Assembly (NCBI GenBank): GCA_013239625.1
Contig: MU053758.1
Location: 3,039,854 to 3,103,853 of the forward strand
Source: Lama guanicoe
Lineage: Eukaryota
Reading direction: 5' to 3'
Length of the DNA: 64,000 nucleotides
This document shows positions 37,070 to 51,187 of the stretch, one piece after another (positions within the stretch are counted from its first letter, which is position 1; each line of letters begins with the position of its first letter). The translations under genes were made by a program, and so were the position numbers. The notes under the pieces were generated by a model. That model was not told where the DNA came from. It saw nothing but the letters and a program-made list of their open reading frames with translations, and did no database searches.

Positions 37070-38110
37070 AAGAAATGAAACTGGGGAAGACTAGGAGAGC
37101 TGTTTCTAAGGTGGCATCATAGAGTCAAGCACATTGTAGGCTGACATTTAGAAGTCCCAAAACATAAAGACCAGCTTGCTCTAGAACAAAGCCTACCATT
37201 GATTTTCTGTTATCTGGGTACACAGAGTTTCCAGGAAACTTTTCCACTGCTTCATTCTTAGCTATGAATAGGCAACCAGGAGCCAGAAGCTATCTGAGGA
37301 AATCTGAAGTATGAAATAGAAGGACTAAGATAAATGAACTGAAAAAGAAACCTCTCAGGAAACAGAAACAATTTATAGGTAAAAGAAAACTTAAAAAGAG
37401 AATTCGAGAGGACACCATATCTCTAAAACATGAGTAGTGCTATGAAAAAGGAATAATTAGAGAACAAAAAGTCCCTGGCCATAAAAATATAACTCAAATT
37501 CAGTGGAAATATGGAAAGTTAAAGTCAAGGTTATCTGTCAGAAAGTAAAGCCCAAAGGGAAAGAAGCAGAATTTTATTAGAGAAAAGACATGAGACAAAA
37601 GAATGCAGGAGGTCCAGGTCTGATTGAGAAGTATTTTAGGCAGAAGAGAGAAAGCAGGAGAAAATGTTCAAATAAATAATAGAACAGAATTTCCCAGACC
37701 AAAAAGACTCTAGTCTTCAGACTGAGTTCAAGTCCCCAGCATCCAGACCACACAAAGTTTTGAAATTTCAGAATACCCAGGAACATGAGAAGATGTCTCC
37801 TAAAATTTCCAGAGAGAGAAAAAAGTCACCTACAAAAGAATGAGAACCAGAAATGAACCAGATTTCTCACCCACAGTGCTGTATGCCAAAGGCAATGGAA
37901 TAATATTTTCAAAATTCTGAGGGAAAATGACTTTCAATTTAGAATTCAATACCCAGCTAAACTGTCTGTTAAGTACCAGGGCAGATCAAGGGTATTTGTA
38001 GGCATGCAAGGACTAAGAGCTTTTACTCCCCACATACTCTTTCTTAGGATGTCATCTGGGGATGTGCTACAATAACACAAGGGAGAAACCAAGAGGGAGG
38101 AGAAACATGG
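37070..38110 (+). mobile_element. Ancient L1/HAL1 ORF1-like region
   Basis: A-rich strand with aaaattctgagggaaaatgactttcaatttagaattcaatacccagctaaactgtc, resembling L1 ORF1 C-terminal coding sequence (..RILYPAKL..); degenerate. Confidence 0.6.
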
Positions 38111-39741
38111 GATTTTTGTCTGCTTGCAAGTTAGCTTGGTATGTAATTTTAATTAATTAATTAACTAATTTTTAAATTTGATGTCTGTTTTCTCTTTGTT
38201 GGTTTTATGGATCAGGATTCTTGCTCGCTTTTCTATCTTTTTATGCTCTGAAAGTATTTGCACAGGGAATAATCTCTTTCTTGAGTGTTGGCCAAAAAAG
38301 AAAAATACAAACACACACACACACAAACTCAGCCCACTTAGATCTTTGGAAAAAAGCAATTCTTTGATGATATTTTCTATGTTTTCTTTTATCATTGTTA
38401 CATGACCTTTGTGGCAGATCATTCTGCTCTCCAACATTCATTCTTATTCTTCCTTTTTTTTGAAAGAATGCAGTTTTATGAAGTAAGAAATTAAATTCAA
38501 AGGTGCCCTTCGGGAGAGGTGGGACAAGTAATACAGTTATGGCCAATAAGATGAAAACACACATGTCCTGAATGGAGTTGCCAGGAAAGCCGTTATTTTC
38601 CTGATAAAAGAGACAGACAGCTGTCCCTTTGCTTATAGCCCTTCCTCTTACCTGGGATGTAGGTAAGGTGCCTCCAGGTGGAGGAAAAATCCTGTGCATT
38701 TGAGAACAAAAGCCACTTGGTGAAGATGGTGCAGCAGCGGAAAGACAGAAGGAGCCCTGTTCCCTGGGTGGCATCACACAGACCCAAGACTGTCTGTCTC
38801 TGCATTTCCTGTTGCATAAGAAAAATATATCCCTTATTAGTTTAAGTTACCAATTGTTTCATTTTCTGGTTGTTTTGTTTTGTTTTGCTTTGTTTTAGTC
38901 AATTCACCTTCAGTTGACACAAACTTTAACCTCAGAGCCACTTCTTGGAACAATTTTTTGTTTTTAGATTTTTTGATTCTATGAAAAGTTGTTGGGTGAA
39001 TTGACGGCTAGCATTAAGGGGGACAATTTTCTCGTCTCCTCATTCTCCTCTCAGCCCATAAAACAGGCACTTACATCCTTTTGGAAGCAATGGAAGAAGC
39101 TTCTCAATTTTCTTGGCATCCCTTTTCTGGTTTCTCACTGGGAGAGGAGGAGGGACCTCTTGGGTTGGCGGGGCTGGGAGAAGGTACCAAGTGTTCATCG
39201 TTCAGCCCATTCCTGGCTCTCTCTCTGGGACTGATCGAACTACAAGCAGCATGCGCCTCTCACTGCTCCTGCCTCTTCCAGGCAATGAGCACTAGGGCAG
39301 GCCTGGCCTCTGCTCGGGAGGACTTCACTACTCCAGCTGCTCTGCTGCGAGTGGGTGGGTGAGGTCAAATCAGGGGAGAAGGAAAGGAAGCCCATTTGGG
39401 CTTTGGGTCTAAGCCACATCCTGCAGCCCATCTGGACCAGCAATAAAGCTGACATTTTAATCCCTACTTGTCTCCTGCGACTAGTTCTCAACTGGATCAG
39501 AACTTGCAGAAGTAAGAGGTGCGATTAACCAGCAACCACAACCCCAGCATCTGCTGAATACTTAGCCCCAGTGGGAAAAACCACAGTGAGATGAAAACAA
39601 GGGTTTAAAATTTTGATTATTATTAAGCAGTACTTCTCTATGCTTAATTGCTTGTGTATCTGTTCCTCTCACTATGAAATGTGTATCATGTTATTATTGT
39701 TTTTTGATGGTAAGAGCCTGGATTGAGAACTTCAATGTATC

Positions 39742-40362
39742 TATTTTTTTTCAGGTTCTTTTTCATTATAGGTTATTACAAGATATTGAGTATAGTTCCC
39801 TGTGCTCTACAGTAAGCCCCTGTTGGTTATCTATTTTATATACGTTAATCCCAAAGTCCTAATTTATCACTCCCCTACCCCTTTTCCCTTTGGTAACCAT
39901 AGGAATGTTTTCTGTGTCTGTGAGTCTGTTTCTGTTTTGTTAACATTTGTATCATTTTTTTAGATTCAACAAATAAGTGATATCATATATTTGTCTTTCT
40001 CTGTCTGATTTACTTCACTTAGTATGACAGTCTCCAAGTCCATCTATGTTGCTGCAAATGACATTATTTTGTTCCTTTCTATGGCTGAGTAATATTCCAT
40101 TGTATAAATATACCACATCTTCTTTATCCAGTCATCTGTCAGTGGACATTTAGGTTGCTTCCATGTCTTGGCTATTGTAAATAGTGCTGCTATGAACATT
40201 GGGGTGCATGCATCTTTTCGAATTACGGTTTTCTCTGGATATGTGCCCAGGAGTGGGATTGCTGGATCATATGGTAAGTCTATTTTTAGTTTTTTAAGGA
40301 ACCTCCATACTGTCCTCCATAGTGGCCACACCAATTTACATTCCCACTAACAGTGTAGGAGG
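39742..40362 (-). mobile_element. L1 3' end including ORF2 C-terminal coding remnant
   Basis: ORF 40044-40334, [26 protein letters not shown]...[22 protein letters not shown]...[11 protein letters not shown], is the classic L1 ORF2p C-terminus. Confidence 0.95.
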
Positions 40363-41025
40363 TCAACATACTTTTATTATTGAGTATCTAGTATGTGTCG
40401 AGTGCTGTGTTGGAGGCTGGTTATAAAATGTTTCACAAAACAAATATAGCCCTGCCATCTTGGAAGTCAGAGTCTAGTAGGAGAGACAGACATCCAATAA
40501 ACACATATATAAATGTACAATTACAAGTTCAATAAAACTTTAATAAGTGAGCAGTTGGATTGTGTAAATATTCCTCCCAGTTCTCACTTACCCCTACTCA
40601 GAGAAAGCCTTGCTGGTTGATCCAACAGCCAGCTGCACATGGCGGTGCCACTCCTCATGCAGATGTGTCACCGTGTTCAGGAAGACATAACAAAGAAGCC
40701 TCCAAAGGGCTGGGCTTTTGGATGAAAAAAAGGTTAAACATTTTTTTAAAAGTTGCAAATTAATAACATGCTTGTTTTAAAACTTCAAGAACTATAGAAA
40801 AAATAAATGAAAAAAATTTTCTCTTTCTCTCTCCAAGCTCACTTGGAAATAGAAATAACAGACGGACATGCTTCCTTCCAGCAAGCTGCATACGGAATTG
40901 TGTGCTCTGGGAGGGCAGGGATGGGACCTGCCTTATTCACTGCTGTATCCCTGCTGTAAGCTCAGTAAATATTTGTGTGACTGAATAACTGAAAAGTAAT
41001 AATCACTCAGAAAGGCCCATACAGT

Positions 41026-41198
41026 GGGGAGGGTATAGCTCAAGTGGTTGAGTGTGTGCTTAGCATGCAAGAGGTCCTGGGTTCAATCCCCAGTACCCCC
41101 TCTAAAAAAATAAATAAAACTAATTACCTCCCCACCTTGCCCTGCTAAAATAAAAATAATTAAATAATGCAATAATAAATGAAAAACATTTTTTTAAA
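41026..41198 (+). mobile_element. Camelid tRNA-Ala SINE, long form
   Basis: ggggagggtatagctcaagtgg...ggttcaatccccagtacc plus ctaattacctcccc tail; TSD agaaaggcccata/agaaaggctcata. Confidence 0.9.
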
Positions 41199-41357
41199 AG
41201 AAAGGCTCATATATAAGTTTTGTTTTTAAGATCAAAAAGGGGATCATGCTACGTCTGTTTTTTTCTTGCACTTTTTTTTTTTTAGCTCTAAGATCTGTAA
41301 TGGACATCCTTCCGTGATTTTTTCCTAACTCATCCATTCCCCTAATGTATCCATTCC

Positions 41358-41801
41358 TGTTATTATGGGTTGAATCTTGTAACCCCCCCCAAAAGATATG
41401 TGGAAGTCCTGATCCCTGGTACCTGTAAATGTGATCTTATTTGGAAATAGGATCTTTGCAGTGAATGAGTTCAGGTGAGGTCTTATTTGATGAGGGTGAG
41501 CCCTCATCCAATGTGACTGGTAAGAAGATAACAGAGACACGGGCAGAAGGACATGTGATGAAAGAGGCAGGGACTGGCATGATGTAGCTACAAGCCAAGG
41601 GAAACCAAGGATTAATGGCCACAACTGGAAGTCAGGAGGAGGCAAGGAAGGATTCTACCCACAGTATCAGAGGAAGCATGACCTAGTTGACACCTTGATT
41701 TTGGATTTTTCGCCTCCAGAATGGTGAGACAATGAATTTCTGTTATTTTTTAACCACCCAGTTTGTAGTATTTGCTATAGCAGCCCTAGAAAACTAGTGC
41801 A
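41358..41801 (+). mobile_element. MLT1B/C-like MaLR solo LTR
   Basis: ttatgggttgaat...tgtgatcttatttggaaatagg...ccttgattttgga...cagccctagaaaactag. Confidence 0.85.
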
Positions 41802-41993
41802 CTCCTCTTGAAGGATATTTGGGTTGATTCCAATGTTGAACTGTTATAGTAGTGATGACTGCTGCCATTTTCTGAGCAGCATGGCTGGGGTCTGGCCTAT
41901 TTGGAGCCCATGGGTTTGTTCTTTTCTCCAGAAATCCCTTGGAACAGTTGAGGACCCCAGCCTTGGCACCTCAGACTCAATTCATACCTTGGC

Positions 41994-42127
41994 AGGGTTG
42001 CCAGATGAAATACAAGATGACGGCATCATATTTGGGACATACTTATTCTAAAAAAGTTATTTGTTGCTTATCTGAAATCCAAATTTAACAGGCACCTATG
42101 TTTTTATTTGCTAAATCTGGCAACCCT
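41994..42127. mobile_element. MER53-like hAT MITE, internally deleted
   Basis: Perfect 13-bp TIRs AGGGTTGCCAGAT...ATCTGGCAACCCT; internal tttgggacatacttatt. Confidence 0.85.
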
Positions 42128-42989
42128 AAATCTCAGGGTTCCTAGTAGTAATCCCAAACAGTGGGGCTGTGGGCAACCCACCCTGCTCCGGAAAAAGTCC
42201 AAAGATCCTGGTTTTCCACAGGATCTTTGGAAGATCTCTTCTAAGCCTGGATCCTGACTCTCCCCTGGCATCCTGACTGTTCTCAGTGGAACCTCCATGT
42301 CCTGCAGGGCCTGCCTCCCCCAGAACCAGGCTGAGTCCCTCTCCTACCCATAGCAGAAGCAACGTGTTCACTCAGTCCACACCCCCTTTACACTAAGAGT
42401 TCGTGTTCACCTCCCTCCAGCCTGCCTCTCCCTTCACCGCTCACCTCGCACCAAGCTTGGACACGACAGCTGTGGACCTGACCCTTAGGGAACAAACTAA
42501 CCCATTCCAGGTGTCTCGAGTAAGACTGGAGTGGGGAGAGTGCTGTGAGAGCCCATGACAGTGGTGGGTGGGCAGGGTCTCCCAAAGGGCACTATTGAAA
42601 CAATCACCCGGGGCTCGGCTCCTAGTAAATGCTACCCCTGGTCTGAATCAGAAATCTCCGGGGAGAGGAAGTGGCCTTGTCTGGAGACTCAGGGAAGGCC
42701 TCTGCAAGGAGGCGAGGGCCAAGCTGAGGCTGAAGTAGGAGTCAAGCAGGTGATGTTTGAGGGCAGGATGGGGGTCCTGGAGAGGAAAGAGGACTAGCAA
42801 ATGCAGTGAGGAGGAAGGAGCCTGGCCTGAGACCAGAGAAGATGCCGGTGTGCTTGGAGTGTTGAAAGCTAAAAGAAAGGGATGAGTTGAGCCTGGAGAG
42901 CGTAGAAGAGGCCACATCCAGCCAGGCCTTGCTGGGCTGGTTAAGGAAAAAAGCAATGAGAATGCCCTCAGGGCAGGAACCATCTGGAG

Positions 42990-43078
42990 CTTTTTCTTTC
43001 TTTTCTTCTCTTCTTTCTTTTCTTTTCTTTCTCTTCCTTTCTTCCTCTCTTCCTTCCTTCCTTCCTTCCTTTCTTTCA
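42990..43078. repeat. (TTTC/TTCC)n polypyrimidine tract
   Basis: About 90 nt of C/T only. Confidence 0.9.
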
Positions 43079-43090
43079 AAGCAATCTCTT

Positions 43091-43232
43091 TCTCTTTTTT
43101 AAAAATAGTTTTTGTTTTGATTTGTTTTGTTTCTTGAGGGGGGGGGCAATTGGGTTTATTTACTTACTTACTTTTAGAGGCATTAGTGGGGATTGAACCC
43201 AGGACCTCATGTGTTCTAAGCACGCTCTCTAC
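43091..43232 (-). mobile_element. Camelid tRNA-Ala SINE (5'-clipped)
   Basis: ggggattgaacccaggacctc...ctctac; TSD aagcaatctc on both sides. Confidence 0.85.
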
Positions 43233-43659
43233 AAGCAATCTCCTTTGATAATGTGGAATGAGCACCTCTTACTTAGTTTTCTAAATTCAGACTTTTTTTT
43301 TTCCAGTTACACATATACATATATATACATTTTTTTCAGATTCTTTTTCTGTTACTGAGCCTTTTTCAAAGGTGGAGCCCTGGGTTGCCTTACTCTTCTG
43401 ACACTTGGCTTCTGGAAGTGCCTAGTTACCCCTATCCTCACACAACTGCCGCCCTCCTCCAAGGTCATGCTGTGAGTGGCTTTCTGCTAAGTCTGAGGAC
43501 ATGGACATCATCTTCATGGAGGCAGGGGACGGGGGAGTGTGGCTGGTGAGAAATGGGTGTGGGAGTTCACTGACAGATTTAGAAAAATCTCCGTATTAGA
43601 CAAGTAGTGTTTGAAAATACTGTTTTTGTGATGGAGAAGATTCTATAAATGTTCAAGTT

Positions 43660-44130
43660 CGTGGTTGGCACACCACATGTCCTGTATCGTCTCCTCCCTT
43701 TGCGTGTGGGCTGGACCCAGGGACTTGCTATTAATGAACAAAATATGGCAAAAGTGAGAGGATGCCACTCTTGAAACTAGGCCACTAAAGACTGTGACTT
43801 ACATCTTGTTCCCACTCACTCTCCGAGACTCTACTATTATTTGCTTGGATGAGGCTGGCCGCCATGTTGGTGCTGCCTAATGGAGAGGCCCACGGGCCAG
43901 GGAACTGAGGGTGGCTTCCAGCCACCAAGCAGCAAGGAAATCGAGGCCTTCAGTCCAACAGCCCACAAGGAACTGGATGCTGCCAACAGCCATGTGAGTG
44001 TGCTTGGAAGAGGACCGCCCCCCCGTGGAGATTTGAGATTGACCACAACCCTGGACAACACCTTGATTGCTGCCTGCGAGGAAGCCTGAAACAGAGGACT
44101 CAGCTAAGCTGTTCCTGGATTCATGATCTT
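43660..44130 (+). mobile_element. MLT1-type (MaLR) LTR
   Basis: ggagaggcccacgggccagggaactgag...gaactggatgctgccaacagccatgtgagtg...ccttgattgc. Confidence 0.75.
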
Positions 44131-45701
44131 CAACCCTTAAGCTTTAGGATAATTTGCAGCAATAGTTCAATTTGGAAAAGGCCCACTGTACCTGTCACCA
44201 TCCTAACACATATATTCACATAACTCGAAATCATAGTGGGCACTCTAATTTTGAAGTTTTTTTTTTCTTTATGAATTTGGGGGGATATGGAACATCCAGG
44301 GTCCATGGACTGCATAGGTGTCCATCAGGGTCCAGTCTAAAAACAAAAATGATATCAGTTATTTATCTTTTCAGAATTTAATAGAGAACTGCACCACAGT
44401 ACAGTGTGAAAGGTGAAAATCACTGATAATCAATCATGCAACTCATTCTCAGGAAATCCTGTAGATTGTCAGGACCTGGGGCCTTGGAAACTCAAAAGCC
44501 AAGGATTGTTTAGTGTGATATTATTGTTGTTTCATTTCAGCTTGTCTTCCATTTCTTTGGGAGTAGTGGAGGCTAAGAATCTATTTTGAACATGAACAGA
44601 GATTTCTCCCTCTTCCTTCTCTGATAAGCAGGATTTGTTGAATTAGCTCTTTCGGGGGGAGTATGAGGGTGATGCATTGTATAGTAAAAGCATTTTCCCC
44701 GTTCCCGGCACAGTCATACAGCTGTGGTTTTCCAGGCCTGATTGCCCATTGTGTTGATGTCCCAGTTTACTAAACCACTTCCCCAGTCTGGTTCCCAGTT
44801 TTTGACCTTTAAAGAAAGACTCCAGTGCACGTATTTAGGCAGATAACACTTGGCTTCCATTTGAATTATTTCCTTGGAATAAATTCCCAGGAATGAGATT
44901 ATTGGGTCCAAGCAGGGAGGAGCAGCTTTATGAGTGTTGTTAAGAATTGCTTTATTGCTTTCAAAGGAGCCACGCCAACACAACATCAACAATTGAGTGT
45001 ATGATGAGGGAGCTTCAGGGCAATAAGTTGTTCACTCCTAGGAAATCAGCTTCTAGGCCTTTCAAAAACTACCGGTAAGGGCTCTGAGATGAGGGAAGTG
45101 GGGTCCAGTGGGGAGTCCTGGGTTGAGAAGCAGGAGGTTTGAAGGTCCAAGACCAAGGGGGCAGAGTGAGTGGTTAGCAGTGTCAACAGTGGATGACAGG
45201 TCCTGAGTTCAAATTCTGACTTTGTTACTTAATCTTTCTGGGTCATTTGTTTTGTCATCTGTAAAACAGGAACCCTAGTAATACTGAACCTTGCAGAGGT
45301 GAGATGTGGATGAACTGAGTGAATATTAAGTGATGACAGCACACGGGACAGCGCGTGGTAAACAAAGAATAACTATTAGGAGCAACCGTTGTTAGCGTGT
45401 CTATTATAACCATTGTTAGCGTCTCTGAGTCTCTGTTTCCATCTCTCAGTCCTGTTTCTCCAGGGATTGATTATCTCTTTCTCTGGCTTCTGTATGAGAC
45501 CCCAGCCAGGCTCCTCAGTTTTTCCCACAGGACTCCTTGTCTCTCTGAGGCCAAGTAAGTTGTAACCTTGGCTCTGAGACATTAAGCTGACGGTCTCTGG
45601 ATGCCCCCTTGTGGACGGCTGGCTTGCTTTTGCTCTCCCCCAGCTAAAGCAGAAAACTGGCCCTCTGCTTGCTACTTGCCACTTGCCAAGGACCAGATGT
45701 A

Positions 45702-45736
<35 letters not shown>

Positions 45737-45737
45737 T
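45702..45737. repeat. (TG)n microsatellite
   Basis: Near-perfect TG run. Confidence 0.95.
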
Positions 45738-46878
45738 TGGGCTAGGGGAGGCCTCCGTTTCTGCAGACAAGACAGGAAACGGTATGTCATGGCATCCTCA
45801 TGTCTCTGGCTAGGAAGGGGATGGGTCTATATATCTCTGTACACTTACACACATACACGGGTGGGAGCTGCATGTGCTGGTTCGCGTGTGTGTACGTGTG
45901 CATGTGTGTGCACTTGATGCCACTCTTCTTGTCACAGGGGTCTCACGGGGTTCCACTGAGATTATATGGTTTGAGAAATGAAAGCACAGTGTAGGCATGA
46001 GGCCATTATTATGTATAATAGCATGTATAGTCACGTGGTTTATCCATTCACTCCTTTGGATGTTGGTTCCCCAGATATTTATCGAGTTCCTACCAGGTGC
46101 CAGGTCTCCTGAGAACTGGGGAGGCAACAGTGACAAAGACAGAACCTGTTTCTGCCCTCTCGCAGTCTAGTGGGTGTGTAAAGCACTGAGGTACAGGGGA
46201 GCAGTAGAGATGCCAAGGAAGGCTGCCTGGAGGAGGTGACCCCTGAGCTGAGCCATGAAACTGTTGCTGCTCTGGCTCCTCCCTGCTTTAGGGCAGAGGG
46301 GTGAGTGCAAAGAGCACTGGTGGGGTTTTAGAAGTGCAGGCTTTAATCCCAACTCAATGAGCAAAGCCTTTTCTTTGGGCTGCTTTCCTCCTGGGTGAAG
46401 CTGGTGGTTTGGCCACGATACTTACAGTTCCTAAGGACTTTGATGTTTCCTGATCTTTTAATCCCTCAGCCTGAGGAGTCCTCTTCCCTTCCACTTTCGG
46501 TCATACTCCACCCTCTTCCCTGAAGAAAGGAAACCAGACTCAGTGATGGAAAGTGGTGAAACATTGATACACACACGCAGGATATGTGCGTGCACACATG
46601 CACGCACACATGCAGTCCTCCATCCCCACGCCTGCCCCCCCCAACTGCCTCTCAGGTCAGAAGTGTCCCAACAAGGTTGCAGGGTGGAGTGGAGGTGAGG
46701 GCTCCTCAGACCTCACTCCTTCCACACTTGGCTGCTTGGGCAGGTCACTTAGAGTCGCAGAGCCTGCTCCTGGACAGCAAAATACCCACCTGGCAGGGTT
46801 CCTGTGATGATCAGAGTGACATGTGATGTGCCCTCCACTCTGCGTAGGACCTAGCAGGTTCAGAAAACAGGAGCTGAA

Positions 46879-47030
46879 GAGGGGAGGATGTAGCTCAAGT
46901 GGTAGAGCACATGCTTAGCATACACGTCCTGGGTTCAATTCCCAGTACCTCCTCTAAAAATAAGTAAACAAGTAAACCTAATTACCTTCCCCCTCAAAAA
47001 ACAAACAAAAAGGTTAAAAAAAAAAAAAAG
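46879..47030 (+). mobile_element. Camelid tRNA-Ala SINE, long form
   Basis: Head plus aaacctaattacct tail plus poly-A; TSD gaaaacaggagctgaa/gaaaatgggagctgaa. Confidence 0.9.
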
Positions 47031-47456
47031 AAAATGGGAGCTGAAAAGCAATTACATTAAAAAAAAATCTAGTGTGAGTCATCTGCTGGGGGTAAGGCGT
47101 GACAAGAACTTCAGTCTGACCTTCCTAGTGACAATAATCTAGGGCAGGAGATCAGATGTGTACCAAACTCACTATCGATGGCTTGGCTCTGCACGCAGCT
47201 TATTAACTGGGTAACCTTTCTAAGCTTCAGTTTTCTCATCTGTAAAATAGGGACATAACCACATGCAGATCCCTTATAGAAGTGCTGTAAAGATAAAGTG
47301 AGGTAATGAATGTAAAAGTACTTCATATAGTTCCTGGCACATAGTAGATGCTCAGGAAATTGGCAGCTACTCGCATAGGTCAGGATAGGCTAACTGGTGT
47401 AACCAACAGCCCAGAATGTATAATTGGTAAGCGACAACAGAAATTTGTTTTTTTAA

Positions 47457-48178
47457 AGGAGCCCTCCTACACTGTTGGTGGGAATGTAAATTGGTGTAGC
47501 CACTAAGGTGCAGTATGGAGGCGCCTTAAAAAACTAAAAATATAATTACCATATGATCCAGCAATCTCACTCCTGGGCATATATCCAGATAAAACTCTAA
47601 CTTGAAAAGATACATGCACCCCAGTGTTCATAGCAGAACTGTTTACAATAGCCAAGACATGGAAGCAACCTAAATGTCCTTCAACAGATGACTGGATAAA
47701 GAAGAAGAGGTATATATATATATATATATAAAATGGACTGTTACTCAGTCATAAAAAAAGAATGAAATCATGCCACTTGCAGCAACATGGATGGACCTAG
47801 AGATTATCATGCTAAGTGAAGTCAGACAGAGGAAGACAAATATCATATGATGTCACTTATATGTGGAACCTAAAAAAAAGATACAAGTGAACTTTTTAAA
47901 AACCAGAAATAGACTCACAGACAGAAAACAAACTATGGTTACTAAAGGGGAAAGGGGTCGGGGAGGGCTAAATGAGGAGTTTGGGATTAACATATGCATA
48001 CTACTATATAAAAAATAGATAAACAGCAAGGACCTACTGTATTAAATGTCTTATAATAACCTATAATGGAAAAGAATCTGAAAAAGAATATGTATATGTA
48101 TAATTGAATCACTTTGCTGTACACCTGAAACTAACACAACATTGTAAATCAACTGTACTTCAATTGAAAAAAAAAAAG
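47457..48178 (+). mobile_element. 5'-truncated L1 (ORF2 tail, 3'UTR, poly-A)
   Basis: cctcctacactgttggtgggaatgtaaattgg...gctgtacacctgaaactaacacaacattgtaaatcaactg plus A tail; TSD agaaatttgttt/agaaatctgttt. Confidence 0.92.
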
Positions 48179-51100
48179 AAATCTGTTTCTTCTCCTGTAA
48201 TGGTCTCGGGAAATACCAGTTTGGCAGTAGGGCTCATCCAGAGACCAAGATGCTGACAGCCCTGCCATCTTTAACATGTGGCTTCCAAGATCATTTTGCC
48301 CTTTGGCATCCAGGCAGTGGATGGGGAAGAGAGAGTGGAGAAGCCACACCAACTCATCAGCTTCCTAACTGCTCTTCTGCTCACCTTCCCTTGGTGAGAA
48401 CTCACCTCATGGCCTCATCTTACTGCCGTGGGGGCTGGGATATAAAGTCCCCTGGGGGCAACCACTTCCCAGGGCCAACTCTATCTAGTGGAAGGGGAAA
48501 ACGACTCATTGGTAAACAAAGATTTTGATTACTATTATTGTAATAATCATATTTCATAGAAATTCAAATTTCTATCCAGGGCAGAGTGTAGTAAGCCCCG
48601 GATGGGAAGGAATAGCCCGGTGGGCACCTAGGGAAAAATGTGATGTATTCTGACCTGGGGATCAGACAGTGGAATTGAGGGGGCCTGGTGGAGAGGCAGG
48701 ACTTCCACAGGGGGAGATGAAGAGAGCTGGTGGGAAGGTCATCGTGGGCTGAGGGAATCAGGGAATCACAGGAACAGAGTCTAGTGGCGGGAAAGCTCAA
48801 GGAGGGGGGAGAGTTGGAGGCGGGAAGGGTTGGGGAGGTGTGCTGGCAGCCCACCAGGAAGGCCTGGAATGGCAAGATAAGGGATGGAAATTCAGAGTCA
48901 CGCATGTTCTTTCTGCAGCGGAGTCCAGGGGAGCGGTGGTCATGCGATAAAGGAATGAGAGATGGGGGAAGAGGAGGTGAGGAAGGAGAGAGAAAGGGCG
49001 GAGGGGATGAAAGTCTGCGGTTCACAGAGGAGAGGCTGGAAGGAGCAGAGGAGAAGGGAGGAGGTGTCCCCCAGGGCTCCAGATTGTCACCCAGCAGCCT
49101 TCTTTCTGGGAGGTCTGCCTACCTGAGGCCCAGCTCTCTACACCCTCCCTGCAGTGGGAGGTTGAATCTCCCCTTTCCACTTTCTTCTCCTTCCAGGAAG
49201 GAAGTGGCTCCAGATGCCGTGGGTGGGACATTCATTGGCTCTGCTCACCCATCTTTGCAGGATTTCTCCTGATTCCTGGTGACAGGGCTGGCACCTCTAA
49301 GCAGCCTCAGAGAGGGACAGAGCCTTCCTTGCTCAAGAAAACCTGGCACCCTGGGAAATGCACATCTTGTTTTGAGCCACCCCAGGCTTCTGGCTGCAAG
49401 ACCCGCCTCTGAGAGATGCTGCTGGGGAGGCGATTCAACTCCACCAGGCCTGCTGGGAGCCGGCCCCAAGCTGAGCCCCGTGGAAGATACACAGAGGAGC
49501 GAGGCGGGACACTGCATTCAGGAGCTCAGAATAGACTGGGGGAGTGAGTTGTTCTTTAGAGAACTATAAACCCTGTGAAGGAGACTGAATTCACATTAAA
49601 AGGGTGCTTGGAGGAAGTGGCATCTGTAATGGGTCACAGAGGAGACACAGGATTCTGACAGGTGAAGGTGGCTGGGAGGAGGTGTCGGGGGAAGAAAGAG
49701 CCCGTGCAAAGGGGGAGGGGGAGGGAAATGCAGGCCTCCTCGGGGGAACATAGACCAGTCCAGTTTAGCTGAAATGAGGGGAGTGGCTGGAAGTCACAGG
49801 GGCGTTGAGACTGGGAAGGCAGTTGAAGGTCGATGGAGGCTTGCTTGTATGGGAAGTTCACAGTGGGTGGGCTTTGAGAAGCTTTTGAACAGAAGAGGGA
49901 TGCTGAGTTAGCTGGTGGCCTGCTCTTAACATAGGACACAACTTCCCAGCTGCCCTCGCCCTGCAGTGCGGGAGTCAGATGCACAGGGGCACTGGCCACA
50001 GTTAAGGGGCCGGAGGACTTGGGAGCAGGGAGACTCTGCTTCTGGTCCCCAGAATCAAGTCAGGCTCATTTTTAAAGGACTGCGGTCCTGGGGGAAGGAT
50101 CAGGCCAGAGGGAAGGGAGGACCAGAGAGGCCCGGGCTTGCCTCTCAGCCACAGGACCCACTGGCTGCAGGACTTTGAGCACGTGGGTAAACCCCTCTGG
50201 GCCTCAGTTTCCTCCAAATGATGTGGCATAATAGCGTCTACTTGCGATCACCACCCTGGCTTACTCATTGTTGCATTCAATAAATACTAGTTTGCGAAAT
50301 ATTAGGCTGGGCATGGGTGGGAGGAAGGGGAGAGGATCCGCTATTTGGTGATGCTCAGCCTGAAGAAGTCGCCCCTGTTCCTTCTCACCCTGGGCCTGCA
50401 CTGACTGGGGGAAGCCCTGATCCCTTCCCCTGGCTGGCTCCTCCACCTGCCCTGGGGTCTGTGCCACCCTGGGGCGGGGGCGGGGGCGGGTTTCATCAGG
50501 CCAGCAGGACTTCCGCAGCACCAGAGGCATGTGGGCTCCAGGGAATGACAGTCATAGAGGAGGTGACAGGCCGAGAATGAGAAGGCAGAGGGGCTCGGGG
50601 TCTTTGCGCCCCAGGCCAATGCTGGCACAGTCATCGGGTTCAGAAAAGGGCCAGGAATTCAGGTCACCGGCAGGTGCTACATGCCTGACTGGCCATCTCC
50701 CTTTCCTTCTGTTAACTTTCTCCAGAAAGAGAGAAACTAGGAAAGAGCCTTCAGGATGAAGGCTCATTGTACCAGTTTTTGTGGCCATGAGACCATGAGG
50801 AAGGATGTATTAGAGCCACCCACTTCCTTTGCTCAGAGTGAGAGCGAATGAACTCATGGCCTCCCCTCTCTAGACCTGGCGGGTAGTGGGAGAGATGGAT
50901 AGATCTCAGTTCGAATCCTGGCTTGGCCACTTATTAGCTGGGTGACCTTGCACGTGTTATTAACTTCTATAGTCTCAGTTTCCTCGGCTATAAAATGGGA
51001 GTAATTACAGTCCCAACTCACAGTGTCGTGCGAACTGAATGAGCTAATGGTTACATACTTAGCATGTGACTGACACACACTGAGCCCCTTAAATGCCAGT

Positions 51101-51187
51101 TTTCCTCCTTCATTCTTCCCTCCCTTCCTTTCTTCCTCTTTTCCTTCCTTCCTTCCTTCATGGGGAATATGATGGTTGTCTTTAAAG

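Noticed and set aside
40044..40334. Independent 96-aa protein gene
   Set aside because: It is the C-terminus of a 5'-truncated L1 ORF2
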